In this document: piece by piece, positions 1 through 11,904 of the stretch | How the letters are laid out: the number at the start of each line of letters is the position of its first letter | How positions within the stretch are numbered: position 1 is the stretch's first letter | Source: Octopus sinensis | Lineage: Eukaryota | Assembly (NCBI RefSeq): GCF_006345805.1 | Contig: NC_043003.1 | Span: 63,550,001 to 63,614,000 of the forward strand | DNA: 64,000 nt | Reading direction: 5' to 3' | Made by a program: the position numbers and the translations under genes | Notes under the pieces: model-generated | What the model saw: the letters and a program-made list of their open reading frames with translations, nothing else | Told to the model about the DNA's origin: nothing | Databases searched by the model: none

Positions 1-160
1 TCGTCCGTCTTTACGTTCAAATTCCGCTGAAGTCAACTTTGCTTTTCATCCTTTCAGGGTCGATAACATTTGTATCAGATAAGCATTGCGATTGTTGTAA
101 TCGACTTACTCCTCCCTGGAACTTACTGGTCTTGTGTCAAAATTCGAAAGCAATATTAAT
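1..160 (+). mobile_element. tRNA-derived SINE, family A (head GGCGGCGAGCTGGCAGAA), partial, cut by the window start
   Basis: Matches the body of the full copies at 32350 and 61049 (ttacgttc..aaattccg..gtcaactttgc.tttcatcctttc.gggtcgataa). Confidence 0.8.
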
Positions 161-609
161 TTGGTATGATTTTGTTACATAAGGATAGTTACTCTGGGCA
201 TATTTCGCTTGTATTAGATCTCCTCAGCGCAAAAGAACCTTCTCAGTATATGATAAGAGAATTGCCGTATTGATGTCTGTTACAGTACAAGAAGCAACGA
301 AACGAACATCAGCTGCATAAACCTCTTTCATCTTCGAAGATTAAATGCGCCGTTTGTACAGAGCTTCACACAAGCTAATCATTCTTATGGAAATAACTGG
401 GCGTTTGTCCGTATGCTATGAAACTTAGTATTTAGAAGTAAATGACTTTAATAACATGTTGGCTCTTTAACAACTATTCAATCGCTTGTAAATTCCTATC
501 GTATATTAAGTAGAAGTTTTGTTTGTTAGCCAGAGAAGATGGTAGATCGTTAAAAAAGATTGACTCTGACACATACGTAGATAAGGAGAAAGATAGATAC
601 GCAGAAAAA

Positions 610-612
610 CAC

Positions 613-644
<32 letters not shown>

Positions 645-809
645 TACATACTACATACACCATACACACCGAAATGTGGAGTAGATAATAGCCGACAACT
701 ATGAAGGGTCGTTCTTTGTTACTTGTCTTGTTTTCTGTTTCTTTCTTCATTGTTCGCATACAAAAGTTAGTCTTCGTATTCCATGTTTACGGTTTGTGTC
801 GTCCTGTAC

Positions 810-847
<38 letters not shown>

Positions 848-1409
848 TTGCGGCCAAAATGTTAGAACGGCATTGTTTTCGTCAGAAAAGTAGGTATAAG
901 TTTTTATCAAAGTTGTTTTATATTATATAATTTTACAGACAATAAGTACGATATTATTTGTTATTATCTGAGATTTTTGTGTAATTTGAGAGGATAATAC
1001 AAAAGTTATGGATGATATAGTGATTTACTGCAAAATCCATGGCGGCCAAAATGATTAGAACGGTTGAAAAAATAACAAAATAATCAAAATGACAGAGAAT
1101 GCTGGAATTATTTCATATTTAGTGTGAAGCCCTTTAGCTTCAATCAAAGTTTGACATTTTTGACTGCATGAGAAATTAAATTTTCAATTCTTGCTGGGTG
1201 ATCTTAGATATATATATATAATATATATATATACACACACATACATACACTACATACATACATACCACACCGAAATGTGGAGTAGATAAATAGCCGACAA
1301 CTATGAGGGTCGTCTTTTTGTTACTTGTCTGTTTTCTGTTTCTTTCTTTCATTGTTCGCATACAAAAGTTGTCTTCGTATTCCATGTTTACGGTTTGTGT
1401 CGTCCTGTA

Positions 1410-1451
<42 letters not shown>

Positions 1452-2014
1452 TTGCGGCCAAAATGTTAGAACGGCATTGTTTTCGTCAGAAAAGTAGGTA
1501 TAAGTTTTTATCAAAGTTGTTTTATATTATATAATTTTACAGACAATAAGTACGATATTATTTGTTATTATCTGAGATTTTTGTGTAATTGAGAGGATAA
1601 TACAAAATTATGATGATATAGTGATTTACTGCTGAAAATCCATGGCGGCCAAAATGATTAGAACGGTTGAAAAAATAACAAAATAATCAAAAAGTGACAG
1701 AGAATGCTGGAATTATTTCATATTTAGTGTGAAGCCCTTTAGCTTCAATCAAAGTTTGACATTTTTGACTGCATGAGGAAATTAAATTTTCAATTCTTGC
1801 TGGGTGATCTTAGATATATATATATAATATATATATATACACACACATACATACATACATACATACATACACACCGAAATGTGGAGTAGATAAATAGCCG
1901 ACAACTATGAAGGGTCGTTCTTTGTTACTTGTCTGTTTTCTGTTTCTTTCTTTCATTGTTCGCATACAAAAGTTAGTCTTCGTATTCCATGTTTACGGTT
2001 TGTGTCGTCCTGTA

Positions 2015-2056
<42 letters not shown>

Positions 2057-2415
2057 TTGCGGCCAAAATGTTAGAACGGCATTGTTTTCGTCAGAAAAGT
2101 AGGTATAAGTTTTTATCAAAGTTGTTTTATATTATATAATTTTACAGACAATAAGTACGATATTATTTGTTATTATCTGAGATTTTTGTGTAATTGAGAG
2201 GATAATACAAAAGTTATGGATGATATAGTGATTTACTGCAAAATCCATGGCGGCCAAAATGATTAGAACGGTTGAAAAAATAACAAAATAATCAAAAAGT
2301 GACAGAGAATGCTGGAATTATTTCATATTTAGTGTGAAGCCCTTTAGCTTCAATCAAAGTTTGACATTTTTGACTGCATGAGGAAATTAAATTTTCAATT
2401 CTTGCTGGGTGATCT

Positions 2416-2420
<5 letters not shown>
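610..2420. repeat. Tandem array, 3 copies of a ~604 bp unit
   Basis: gaaatgtggagtagat recurs at ~671, 1272 and 1876; unit end gggtgatctta at ~1200, 1805 and 2410. Copies differ mainly by 1-2 bp indels; junctions lie in (TA)n. Confidence 0.95.
845..1205 (+). mobile_element. Tc1-like transposon end with IR/DR structure (repeated at 1449 and 2054)
   Basis: TA|CAGTTGCGGCCAAAATGTTAGAACGG terminus; inner direct repeat GCGGCCAAAATGATTAGAACGG 192 bp downstream (850 vs 1042). Confidence 0.65.
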
Positions 2421-2447
<27 letters not shown>

Positions 2448-2454
2448 TATATAT

Positions 2455-2666
2455 ACTCTTACTCTTTACTTGTTTCAGTCATTTGACTGTGGCCATGCTG
2501 GAGCACCGCCTTTAGTCGAGCAAATCGATCCCAGGACTTATTCTATCGGTCTATTTTGCCGAACCGCTAAGTCACAGGGACGTAAACACATCAGCATCGG
2601 TTGTCAAGCGATGTTAGTGGGGGAACAAAACAGACATACAAACGTATACACACGCACATACATACA

Positions 2667-2702
<36 letters not shown>

Positions 2703-2861
2703 TACGACGGGATTCTTTCGGTTTCCGTCCACCAAATCCACTCACAAGGTCGGCCGGAGGCTATAGTAGAAGACACTTGCCCAAGCTGCCACGCAGTAGG
2801 ACTGAACCCGGAACCATGTGGTTGGTAAGCAAGCTACTTACCACACAGCCACTCCAACGCC
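2455..2861 (-). mobile_element. tRNA-derived SINE, family B (head TGGCTGTGTGGTAAG, central microsatellite), full length
   Basis: Reverse complement of the copy at 16904-17308: A/B-box-like head, gggcaagtgtcttctactatagc core, ggcggtgctccagcatggcc tail. Confidence 0.9.
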
Positions 2862-3024
2862 AATATATACGAAACTCGTATAACAGATTTTGCTTCGGCT
2901 AAATATTAAAAAATTAATACACACACACTGCATATTGATGATTGTACATAAATACTAAACACACACGCATGTACACACACATATACAATATACAATGGCG
3001 CGCGTACGCCTATGTGTTCGTATT

Positions 3025-3899
3025 CTGAGTGTTTCGGCTAAATAGGACAATTTTTATGTTCCCCTTTTTCGGGAAGAGCTTCGTTTGTTGGTGAACAGAC
3101 AACGGCGGTGGAGAGCATAAAGATTAAAGTTGTAGTTGAGAACAAGTTAGCTGACAGGGAAGACTGGAAGTCATCTGAATTTAAGGAAGATACTTGCATC
3201 AGATGATTCCCGCCGGGTATCAAAATGCCGACATCATGACTGCTGTTGAATGTTCTGTGAAGCGTGTAAAAGCTGTAAGACATGACATGAACAGCTGCAA
3301 CGGAGATTACGAAGTCGTAGCCAGCAGGAAGAGACACAACAGGCGTTCTGACTGCATCCACACGCTGGAGTTCATCTCCACATCTTTGAATAGGGCCTTA
3401 GGTTCAATTCAGACGGCTATGTGAAGCTGCTGGAGACTGGTCAATCCCTGACTGTAGAGAGCTGCTGCTTGAAGGTCATATGTGTGGGAGCAGGATTTGG
3501 CTCCTTACCACAACTCTGGAAAGAGTCAGAAGTGGTTGTCGGAGTATTTCTACGACTTCACCTGACCCATTTTCTGGCCTCCTGATTTCCCCAATTACAC
3601 CCTATACATTACTATATGGGGCACAGTTGCTCTGCTTACTGCACCAAGGACAAGCTGGTAGCCATGATCGAAGAGGTGTTCGAAAATCTTCCCAGGGGTA
3701 CAGTGAAGAACGCATGTGCTGAGTTCCGGAACCGTCACGAGGTCCTGATGGAAGCTGAGGGTGACTATTTTGAGTAAATTGCTGTCTCGCAGTCCTAATC
3801 TAGTTGTAATTTTTTGATTTAAAAAAACAATTTTATTTGGGATGAATATTGTTTTCTTTTCCTTTTATGCAAACTTTCAAATTTAGCCCGAACGCCCTG
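3025..3899 (+). mobile_element. Internally deleted Tc1/mariner transposon (maT/DD37D-like), transposase pseudogene
   Basis: N-terminal piece RKRHNRRSDCIHTLEFI joined to GLRFNSDGYVKLLET, YVWEQDLAPYHNSGKSQKWLSEYF, FWPP and C-terminal ACAEFRNRHEVLMEAEGDYFE* (frameshifts and stops). Imperfect TIRs ctgagtgtttcggctaaat (3025) vs rc cagggcgttcgggctaaat (ends 3899), 14/19. Confidence 0.85.
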
Positions 3900-4454
3900 T
3901 TTAACAACAAAAGGTAACAATAATGGAAAATGTCCGAAGCCTATCTCAAGACAAGAGAAAGAAAAATATGTTTACAAAAAAATAATAATAATAATAAATA
4001 AATAAAAGGTGGGATGAAAAAAATTCAAGTAATGTTCTAAGTTGAGGCATAGCCAAATTAGCGGGTTTACATTTATAAAAATAAAAATTACTTTTATTTC
4101 TTGCAAATGGTTCTATTTCCCGAAACATATTCATCTGGATGTCTCTCATATCGAACGGAATAAATTATCATTCCTAAATATCCAAATTCCTCTGTAGTGC
4201 AAAGATTACCTCCCTTGTCAAATGGCTTTCCTACCTATTTCCTAGGATCATATTGAGTGTGTAGCGACATGCGAAAATACAAGTCTACACAAATGTAAGA
4301 AAACAGAGTAGTATTTTTGTATTGGGATGTGAGCATAGAGAGTCTGGTCAGGCATCTAACGAGGACGATTTTTTTCTGAAAGTTTGTGTTGTAATTAGTT
4401 GGTACGTAGCCAACAAAACAGCATCAAAGGGGATCATTGTGGAGGAGCTCACTC

Positions 4455-4862
4455 GTTCCTCCTCCTCCTCCACCACCACCACCACCACCTCCTCCTCCTC
4501 CTCCTCCTCCTCCACCTTCTCCTCCTCTTCCACCTCCTCCTCCTCCACCTCCTCCTCCTCCACCACCTCCTCCACCTCCTCCTCATCCTCCACCACCACC
4601 TCCTCCTCCTCCACCACCACATCCTCCTCACCCCATCCTCCTCCACTTCCCCCACAACCACCTCCTCCTCCTCCTTCATCTCTCCACCTCCTCTTCCACC
4701 ACCACCACCACCCACCCCATCTCCTCCTCCACCCCTCCTCCTCCTCCTCCTCCTCCACCCCACCTCCTCCTCCTCCTCCATCACTACATCCTCCTCCTCT
4801 TCCACCACCACCTCCATCTCCTCCTTCACCACCTTCTCCTCTCCCTACTACTACTACTACTA
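4455..4862. repeat. Compound (CCT/CCA)n trinucleotide tract
   Basis: Direct reading; gives poly-S/T/P/E/G ORFs in several frames on both strands. Confidence 0.95.
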
Positions 4863-4890
4863 CTAGCAATAATAATAATTATAATAATAA

Positions 4891-5100
4891 TCCTTTCTAC
4901 TGGAAGCACAAGGCCTCAAAATTGGGGGAAGGGATTAAGTCGATTACTCCGACCCTAGTTCATAACTGATACTTATTTAATCGACCCCGAAAGGATAAAA
5001 GGCAAAGTTGACCCCAGTGGCATTTGAACTCAGAACGCAAAGACAGACGTAATATCGCTAAGCATTTCGCCTTGCATACTAACGATTCTGCCAGCTCGCA
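4891..5100 (-). mobile_element. SINE family A
   Basis: rc head gcgagctggcagaatcgttag; atttgaactcagaacg; aagtcgattac. Confidence 0.85.
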
Positions 5101-5479
5101 ATAATAATAATAATAATAATAATAATAAAGGTACTAAAACCTATTTGAAAATTATACCAGGCTTACCATCCCTACAGGAAGTGCAAAAAATCGTGTTAAC
5201 TGGAATGGCTCATGTACTGAGAAGAGCATTATCGCTGTGAAAACAACATCCATTCATGAATTTATTTATTTATTAATTTTTTTAAATACATATTTTACCT
5301 GTGAATTTGCGTGTGTAATCTGGGAATGCATACAACGAGCTTCTCTGCCCTAGGTGTACGGAAAACACTCGACGAGAAATAGAAGAAAATTTGAAGGAAG
5401 AAGGAAAATAGTAATAATAATAATGATAATAATAATAATAATAATGATAATGATGATGATGATGATGATGATAATAATA

Positions 5480-5695
5480 CTTTCCACCATAGGCACAAAG
5501 ATTGACATTTGGCGGGAGAGGACTTGTCGATTACACCGACTCTACTATTACACTGGTACTTATTTTATCGATCTCAAGTACTTCACTCGTACTTATTTCA
5601 TGGATCCCGAAAGGACAAAAGGCACACTCGGCCTCGGTGTAATTTGAACTCAGAACGTAATAAGTTGGAAAACACCGCTTAGCATATTCTCCGAT
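5480..5695 (-). mobile_element. SINE family A, diverged, following an (AAT/GAT)n tract
   Basis: aatttgaactcagaacgtaa, tacttattttatcga, gtcgattacaccgac. Confidence 0.75.
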
Positions 5696-6137
5696 ACAAT
5701 GTGTATGCGCGCACGCGTGTGTATTTGTGTACGTGCGCGCGACCGTAAGTACGAGCGTGTATGTGTATATGTATAGAGCAAACGTAAGAGGAATTATGAT
5801 AGACACATTGTGGTTATTTGCTACCTCTGCGTTGGATCATCGTACCACAATGGAACAAAGTATTTTAAAATTATCTATAGCGGTTCAGCAGTTAGTTTCA
5901 CATCCTGTGCAGAAGTTGTAAATATGCACAATGGCGAAACGTACGTAGCAACATTAAGATAAACTTATGCTTATCATAAGTCTCCTATTTGCACGATATA
6001 TATCATATCCAGTAATACTACCAAGTACATTAGTAACCATGCTACGAAACTGGAAGCAGACTACATGACGACAATCTACGTAGAGCACTAAACTCCGCAG
6101 TAACAGTCGTTCATCTAACTGCACACAAACGATTATA

Positions 6138-6183
<46 letters not shown>

Positions 6184-6194
6184 TTGCTTCGTTC

Positions 6195-6485
6195 TTAGTC
6201 GAAAAGCACCCGTTGTTACTGTCCTGTTATTTGTATTTGTGTACCATTTCTCCGTCTTTTTCCCGTCCTTGTTTTTCGTATACATTCACTGCTTTCTTCC
6301 GAAGAATCTAGTGCTCTTAGCCTAGTTTTTCCATGGGGTTGGCCAGATTGAAGCAATCTCGAGTATAACCAGCCGAAATGGCAAAGATAATCTGAAACTC
6401 GACTGAGGAAAGAAAACTCCGAAAGATCCGTCTTTGTTTTCTTTGCATCGTCTGTCTGGATGGTGTGTTGTCCCCATTTTTGTAT
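6195..6485 (+). repeat. Dispersed ~290 bp repeat flanked by (TA)n; second copy at 11905-12205
   Basis: ttagtcgaaaagcacccgttgtta...gagcaatctcgagtataaccagccgaaat..caaagataatctg.aactcgactgaggaaagaaaactc is shared by both copies. Confidence 0.9.
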
Positions 6486-6536
6486 TATATATATATATTA
6501 TATATATATATATATTATATATATATTATATATATG

Positions 6537-6717
6537 CTTTCAGTGCGAATGGATTTTTTTATACGGCGCCGAGGGCTTATATGCTCCTTTATTAGACTAT
6601 TTTCCTTTGTCATCGCACGGTAATCGCCAAAAGCTTCAAGCTTATATAAAAATACCATTATTATTATTTACAGGATTGCAAACTCGGCGCCGTATAAAAA
6701 AAACATTCGCACCGAAA
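6537..6717. mobile_element. MITE/HINE-like element with ~37 bp inverted repeats
   Basis: gtgcgaatggatttttttatacggcgccgag (6543-6573) vs ctcggcgccgtataaaaaaaacattcgcac (6683-6712); the interior is repeated, diverged, at ~6900-6995. Confidence 0.6.
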
Positions 6718-7164
6718 GTATATAGAAAGTTTGTTTACATAAAAACAAACACGAACTAATATAGTTCTTAAATTTGATGGAAATGGGGAAGCTGGTTCGC
6801 TGGTATAAATTTTACACAGTTAGTCGCGTTAACAAAGAGATGTGGGTTCGACTCCCACGCTGATAGGAAAGCTTCTTTTTTCTGTCTAGGACCTATATGT
6901 CCCTTTATTAGACCATCTTCCTTAGTCATTGCATGGTGATCGCCATAAGCTTTAAGATTATATAGTGATATTTTCATACCATTATTATTATTTATAGGAT
7001 ATATATATATTATATATAATATATATATAATGTATATATACATATATATACACACATATCTCTCTCCTCACTTCTCTCTCTATATACGTATATGTAAAGA
7101 CATATATATTTATACACACATATATATTTATACACACATACATGCATACATACATAATATCAGC

Positions 7165-7375
7165 GTCAAATTTTGGCACAAGACCAGCAATTCCGGAGAA
7201 GTGGGTAACCCAGTTACATCGACCCCAGCACCCAACTGACACTGATTTCATCGACACCGAAAGAATGAAAGGTAAAGTTGACCTCGACCGAATTCGAACT
7301 CAGAACGTAAAAAGGGATAAAATGCCGCTAAGTATTTTGCCTAGCGTGTAACTATTCAGCCAACTCGCCGCCTTG
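7165..7375 (-). mobile_element. SINE family A
   Basis: Ends in ctcgccgcctt (rc of head); contains gaactcagaacgtaa. Confidence 0.85.
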
Positions 7376-7453
7376 TATACATACATAATGTCGTAGTTGT
7401 TTAACATATGGATATATATCAGAGACACACATATATGTACACACACACACACA

Positions 7454-7491
<38 letters not shown>

Positions 7492-8129
7492 TACACATAC
7501 ACACACACACACACATACACACACACACGCACACAGACTTATACACAGCAGTCTTCTAGTGTTATTTATTCCCCCAAGGCCGACCTTTTTTTTATCTTTT
7601 TTTACTGTAAGTACCCGTGTACATTCATCTCGGTGACTTTTTATACGAATACACACCACACACTCTACACACACAAATATACACATGTACGCACGTGTGA
7701 ATGTGTGTACTTTTTTTTTCTCTCTCTTATGTAGGATTTGCCAACGTTCCTTTGGGAGAGATCAGTGTCAGTTTTTATTTCATGTTCCTTCTCAAGTTAT
7801 GTGCCTAATCTAATGATATTTTCATCTTCCTCCTCGTAAATTTCTAAACTGCAGTTGGGAAGGTCAGCTGCATTTTTGAAGTTAGTATTTCATTCAAATC
7901 ACTTGAGAACGAAAACTCTTCGGCTCAACTACTTTGTAACATTACTAAGTGTTTTAGTCATAATCTTGAAATTTTTTTTATCTTCTAAGTAGAAAAGTGA
8001 ACGTGTAAGAAAGGCCTTTTTTTTTTATTTTCTAGTATGTAACTACTGACTGTAGATTTTTTTAAAAACTTAAATTGCGATGATGGAGGTGTTTGCTTCT
8101 TATAAACTAGTATCTTCTTTATGCTTATC

Positions 8130-8905
8130 ACCTTTTACTCGCTTCAGTCATTGAGCTTTGGCCATGCTGGGCACTGTCTTGGATAAATCAGCCTCAGAAT
8201 TATGTACTTATTTTATCGAGGCGGACATAAAGAATGTGGACCGCACCCCTTTCCGTTTGTTATTTATTTATTTTACAGAATCCCCCATTTTCGAGTACGG
8301 AAACTGAGATTCTGAAAAAGAAAAATGGCATTTAAAAATTTTAATCCCCCCCCCACACACACACACCAAATTCTTCAGTTTACACTTTCTTCAGAATTTT
8401 TTTTTTAGAATCATAATCTCCGTATTTTTCTACGTATTTCGCAAAAAACAAAAAAAAACCAAAAAATTCTGAAAAAATGAAAATTGAAGAATTTGGTGGA
8501 TTGGGCGGAGAAATAAAAATTTTTAAATGCCATTTTTTTTTTTTGTAGAATCAGAATCTCCGTACTCGAAAATGGGGGATTCTGTAAAAATAAATAAATA
8601 AATAAAATAACGAAAGGGAGTGCGGTCCACATTCTTTACGTCCACCTTGTATCGATCTCTTTTGTTGAACTGCTAGGTTACTGAGACGTAAATAAACAAA
8701 CAAGTAATTGTTGTCAAGAAATTGGAGATCAACTCGAACGCGCACAAATATACACGACGGGATTTCACACAGTTTCCTTCTATCAAATTCATTCACAAGG
8801 CGTTGGTTGATCCGGGGCTATAGGAGAAAATACTTGTCCAAGAACCTGATAGCACGTGACTGCAAAGTGAGCTTCTTAACGACGCAGCCACGCTTGCGAA
8901 AACGA
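8130..8905 (-). mobile_element. SINE family B interrupted by a MITE
   Basis: Tail (ttcagtcattga..ggccatgctgg) at ~8140-8215 resumes at 8650 (tatcgatctctttt..gaactgctaggttac) and runs to the head at ~8900. Confidence 0.8.
8217..8649. mobile_element. Mariner-type MITE with ~125 bp TIRs inserted at a TA
   Basis: Left cgaggcggacataaagaatgtggaccgcac...gaatcccccattttcgagtacgga; right tccgtactcgaaaatgggggattc...gtgcggtccacattctttacgtccaccttg|TA. Confidence 0.9.
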
Positions 8906-10444
8906 CACTAGGAAGATACATATACTCACTTACTCACACATTCATATAAATGCATGTTGCCGCACGCGCACACACACATACACACACAAATACATACATA
9001 ATACCATTGTCTGTCAGAACGTCACGTGAATGCTCCATTTCTTATAGCTGATAATGAAGAATAATCCCTATCATTTTCTTTTTTTGTTTCCTTTTTCGTT
9101 TCTATAAAATGATTATTTAAATCCATTTCCATTGCATTCTCAATATCGAACTCGTATTTTAACTTCTAGGAAATATTTCATTATTTTGTGACTTTTTAAT
9201 GAGGTTATATCAATACATCAACCAACGTATTATAACAATAGATAATTTGTTCAACCATATGTGGTATTACTGAAGGCAGATAACGTTTTCCTATGGGATA
9301 ACACCAAATGAGTCAAACATTGTTTGTTTTCTTGGCTAACGTGATTTTGTGTCATCATCGGTTATTTTGCAATCGACGTTGTGTTCTACTTTATTCATGG
9401 CTTTAATAGATTCTTCTTGTAATTCAAATCTTGATTTATAGGCAGATTTAGAATTATACGGCGTTTCGCATTTCCGTGACATATTCAGGCTTTCTTAATC
9501 TCATGGACATTTTCAACAACTTAACATTCATGTTTCTTTGTGATATATGTTTGTGTCTTAATATATAAGAGAAATTAGTTTTAAATCTCTTCCAATTAAT
9601 TTCACTTGACAGAAAGCGAAGACAATCAGTTTATTTCATTGGAAATTTGCAATCTGTCGACCTTCCGGTCTCTATTTTCTCACATCCATTATCTATTCAA
9701 ACATTTTGTTTGGCTGGACAATTTTTTTTCTGTTTTTTTTTTGTGTGTGTGACGAGAAGAGTTGGAGATTAATCCAGTATAAAGCTTTTCTATAAACATA
9801 AATCAAGCATTTTATTTATTACGTTCCAAGACCATTACATCGTCCTCCGAGCGCAATTGTTTTGTATTAAGGGAGACAATCCAACAAACCTGAAATATAT
9901 TTTATTGGTGAAGCCGTGGAGCTGCGTTTCAATACAGAAATGCTATACAGATTAATTATACATTCCTCTTCGAGCCATATTCCGTTGCCAAGATTGTTGT
10001 TTAATCTCAGAGCATCTCTGATCTTAAAGAACGATCGTAGAGGTAATTTAGCTTTGGCCATCCTGTTCTTCATGAAACACATTCGATTACCAAAATTGCA
10101 GTTGGTCAGCCTCAAAGCATCTCTGATCGAACAGAACAATGGTAAAGGCATTCTTACCGTGACCATCCCATTGTCTCTAGGCCTACATTATGTCTTTAGA
10201 TCTACATTAACTGTCCCACCATCTCTTCATCAAGAGGGCAGAGATTTGGCTGCCATTTTTTATCAAGTTTATCAGTTTTTATCAATCATTAATTAATCCA
10301 AATGAAATTAATGACACAATCACTAATTAGTCTAAAAAATACATTTTGAAAAGTCAACACTGACGTCTCTTTGGTGTTGTTGTGAGAACAGCCTGACGGT
10401 TTACAAGAAATGCGCTGTTCGAATCCCGCAGGCGACGTTACAAG

Positions 10445-10820
10445 TTAACAGGCGCGAGCATGGTTAAGAATCGATGTGGTTAAGAATCTCACTTTACAAC
10501 AACGTGGTTTTGTGTTCAATCCCTGTGTGCGCACTTTGGACAAATGCCTTCGACTATAGCTCCGGTTGTCAATGGTGTGGGGAAGACAAGCATAAATACA
10601 TGCACGTATACACACACACACACACAACACACACACACACGCATACACACACATACACACAAACACATGCGACGGGTTTCCAAACAGATGTCGTCTACTA
10701 AACTCACTCACAAGGCATTGATTGGCCCGGAGCTATTAGTAGAAGATATTTGCCCAAGGTACCGTGCAATGGGACTGACTCTATGGACACATGGTTGCAA
10801 AGAAAGCAAGCTCCTAGATC
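10445..10820. mobile_element. Two SINE family B pieces in opposite orientation (plus-strand head joined to a minus-strand copy)
   Basis: Plus-strand head ends at gactatagctccgg (~10562), then ttgtcaa..., (CA)n and the minus-strand head gaagatatttgcccaaggtacc. Confidence 0.7.
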
Positions 10821-11521
10821 TTTCCGCTTTTTCAGTGCAGATTTTGAAATTTCACTTCAAATCAAAATCGAAGTAACGCAATCGTTATTTCATCAGTCCG
10901 GGCAACGATACGTTCACTGTAATATATTTCTAAATAAACAAATAAATGAATAATGTCAAATATACAAAAACAAATTTTGTTGTGTATACATAATACGGAT
11001 TTCTGAATCTAATCAAGAATATCAGTGGCCAGATAAAACATATGAGTATTTTATTGTGAAGTGTATTTGGACAAACAAGTGATAAGCAGGTATTTTGGAT
11101 TAAAATTAATTCTTCGCCCTGAAAATAAATCCTGGTCGTGGATTCAATTAATTCGCCTTCGAAAAGAAATGTAAGTTTTGGATAAAATTCAAGGATTTTC
11201 TCTATGAAAAGACATTCACATTAACATACGATGCATCCCTTCTCTGTCAAAAACAGTAACATGTTTACGGTATTTGCCGTCACATAAGACGCTTTTTTAA
11301 AAATTATTATTTTAAAATGTATGGAGCATTGCCTTGCTAAATTGAACTTCTCCCTGAAAGATGAAAGGAATGTTAAACTTTTATCTGCTTCTCAGCTATT
11401 TGCAATGAGTGGATGACAACAAATTCAAAGCAGTGATAGACCACCCTGGTGATTGATCGTGGTAACACAAAACATGATGGACAAAAATATGAGTTTTACT
11501 TATTGTATGACCCCAGTAACG

Positions 11522-11615
11522 TGGGGAGAGAAGAGAGAGAGAGAGGTAGAGGTAGAGGGATAGAAGAATTAAGGAAGGGCATGTGTATATATATGTGTGT
11601 GCAAATGTATATGCG

Positions 11616-11656
<41 letters not shown>

Positions 11657-11760
11657 ATATATACACTCATATACATTTACATACACACACATATATATAC
11701 ACATGCCCCTCCTTAATTCTTCTATCCCTCTGCCCCTACCTCTCACTCTTTTCTCCCCAA
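11522..11760. repeat. ~240 bp imperfect palindrome centred on (TA)n
   Basis: gagggatagaagaattaaggaagggcatgtgtatatatatgtgtgt mirrored by acacacatatatatacacatgcccctccttaattcttctatccctc; the ORF track shows RGRGRGIEELR on both strands. Confidence 0.9.
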
Positions 11761-11904
11761 GTGACTGGTGTTCGGCCAAGCCTGACCTTTCTTTCTTGGT
11801 TCGACTACCATCCGTGCAACACTTATATTCCTCCCCCTGCCTGTCAAATCTTATGTCCCTGGTGTAAGGCTTTACTTCCGTACACGCCAGCTTAATTTAA
11901 TTCA

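Noticed and set aside
195-232. Minus-strand CTGAGGA...CGAAA motif
   Set aside because: Stem II and stem I are mostly unpaired and the triplet is GCC; too weak.
610-2420. Repeat-spacer appearance suggesting a CRISPR array
   Set aside because: The units are wholly repeated with no unique spacers, there are no cas genes, and the context is eukaryotic.
4322-4969. 215/173/155-aa ORFs rich in S/T/P/E/G
   Set aside because: They are translations of the (CCT/CCA)n tract and are open in many frames on both strands.
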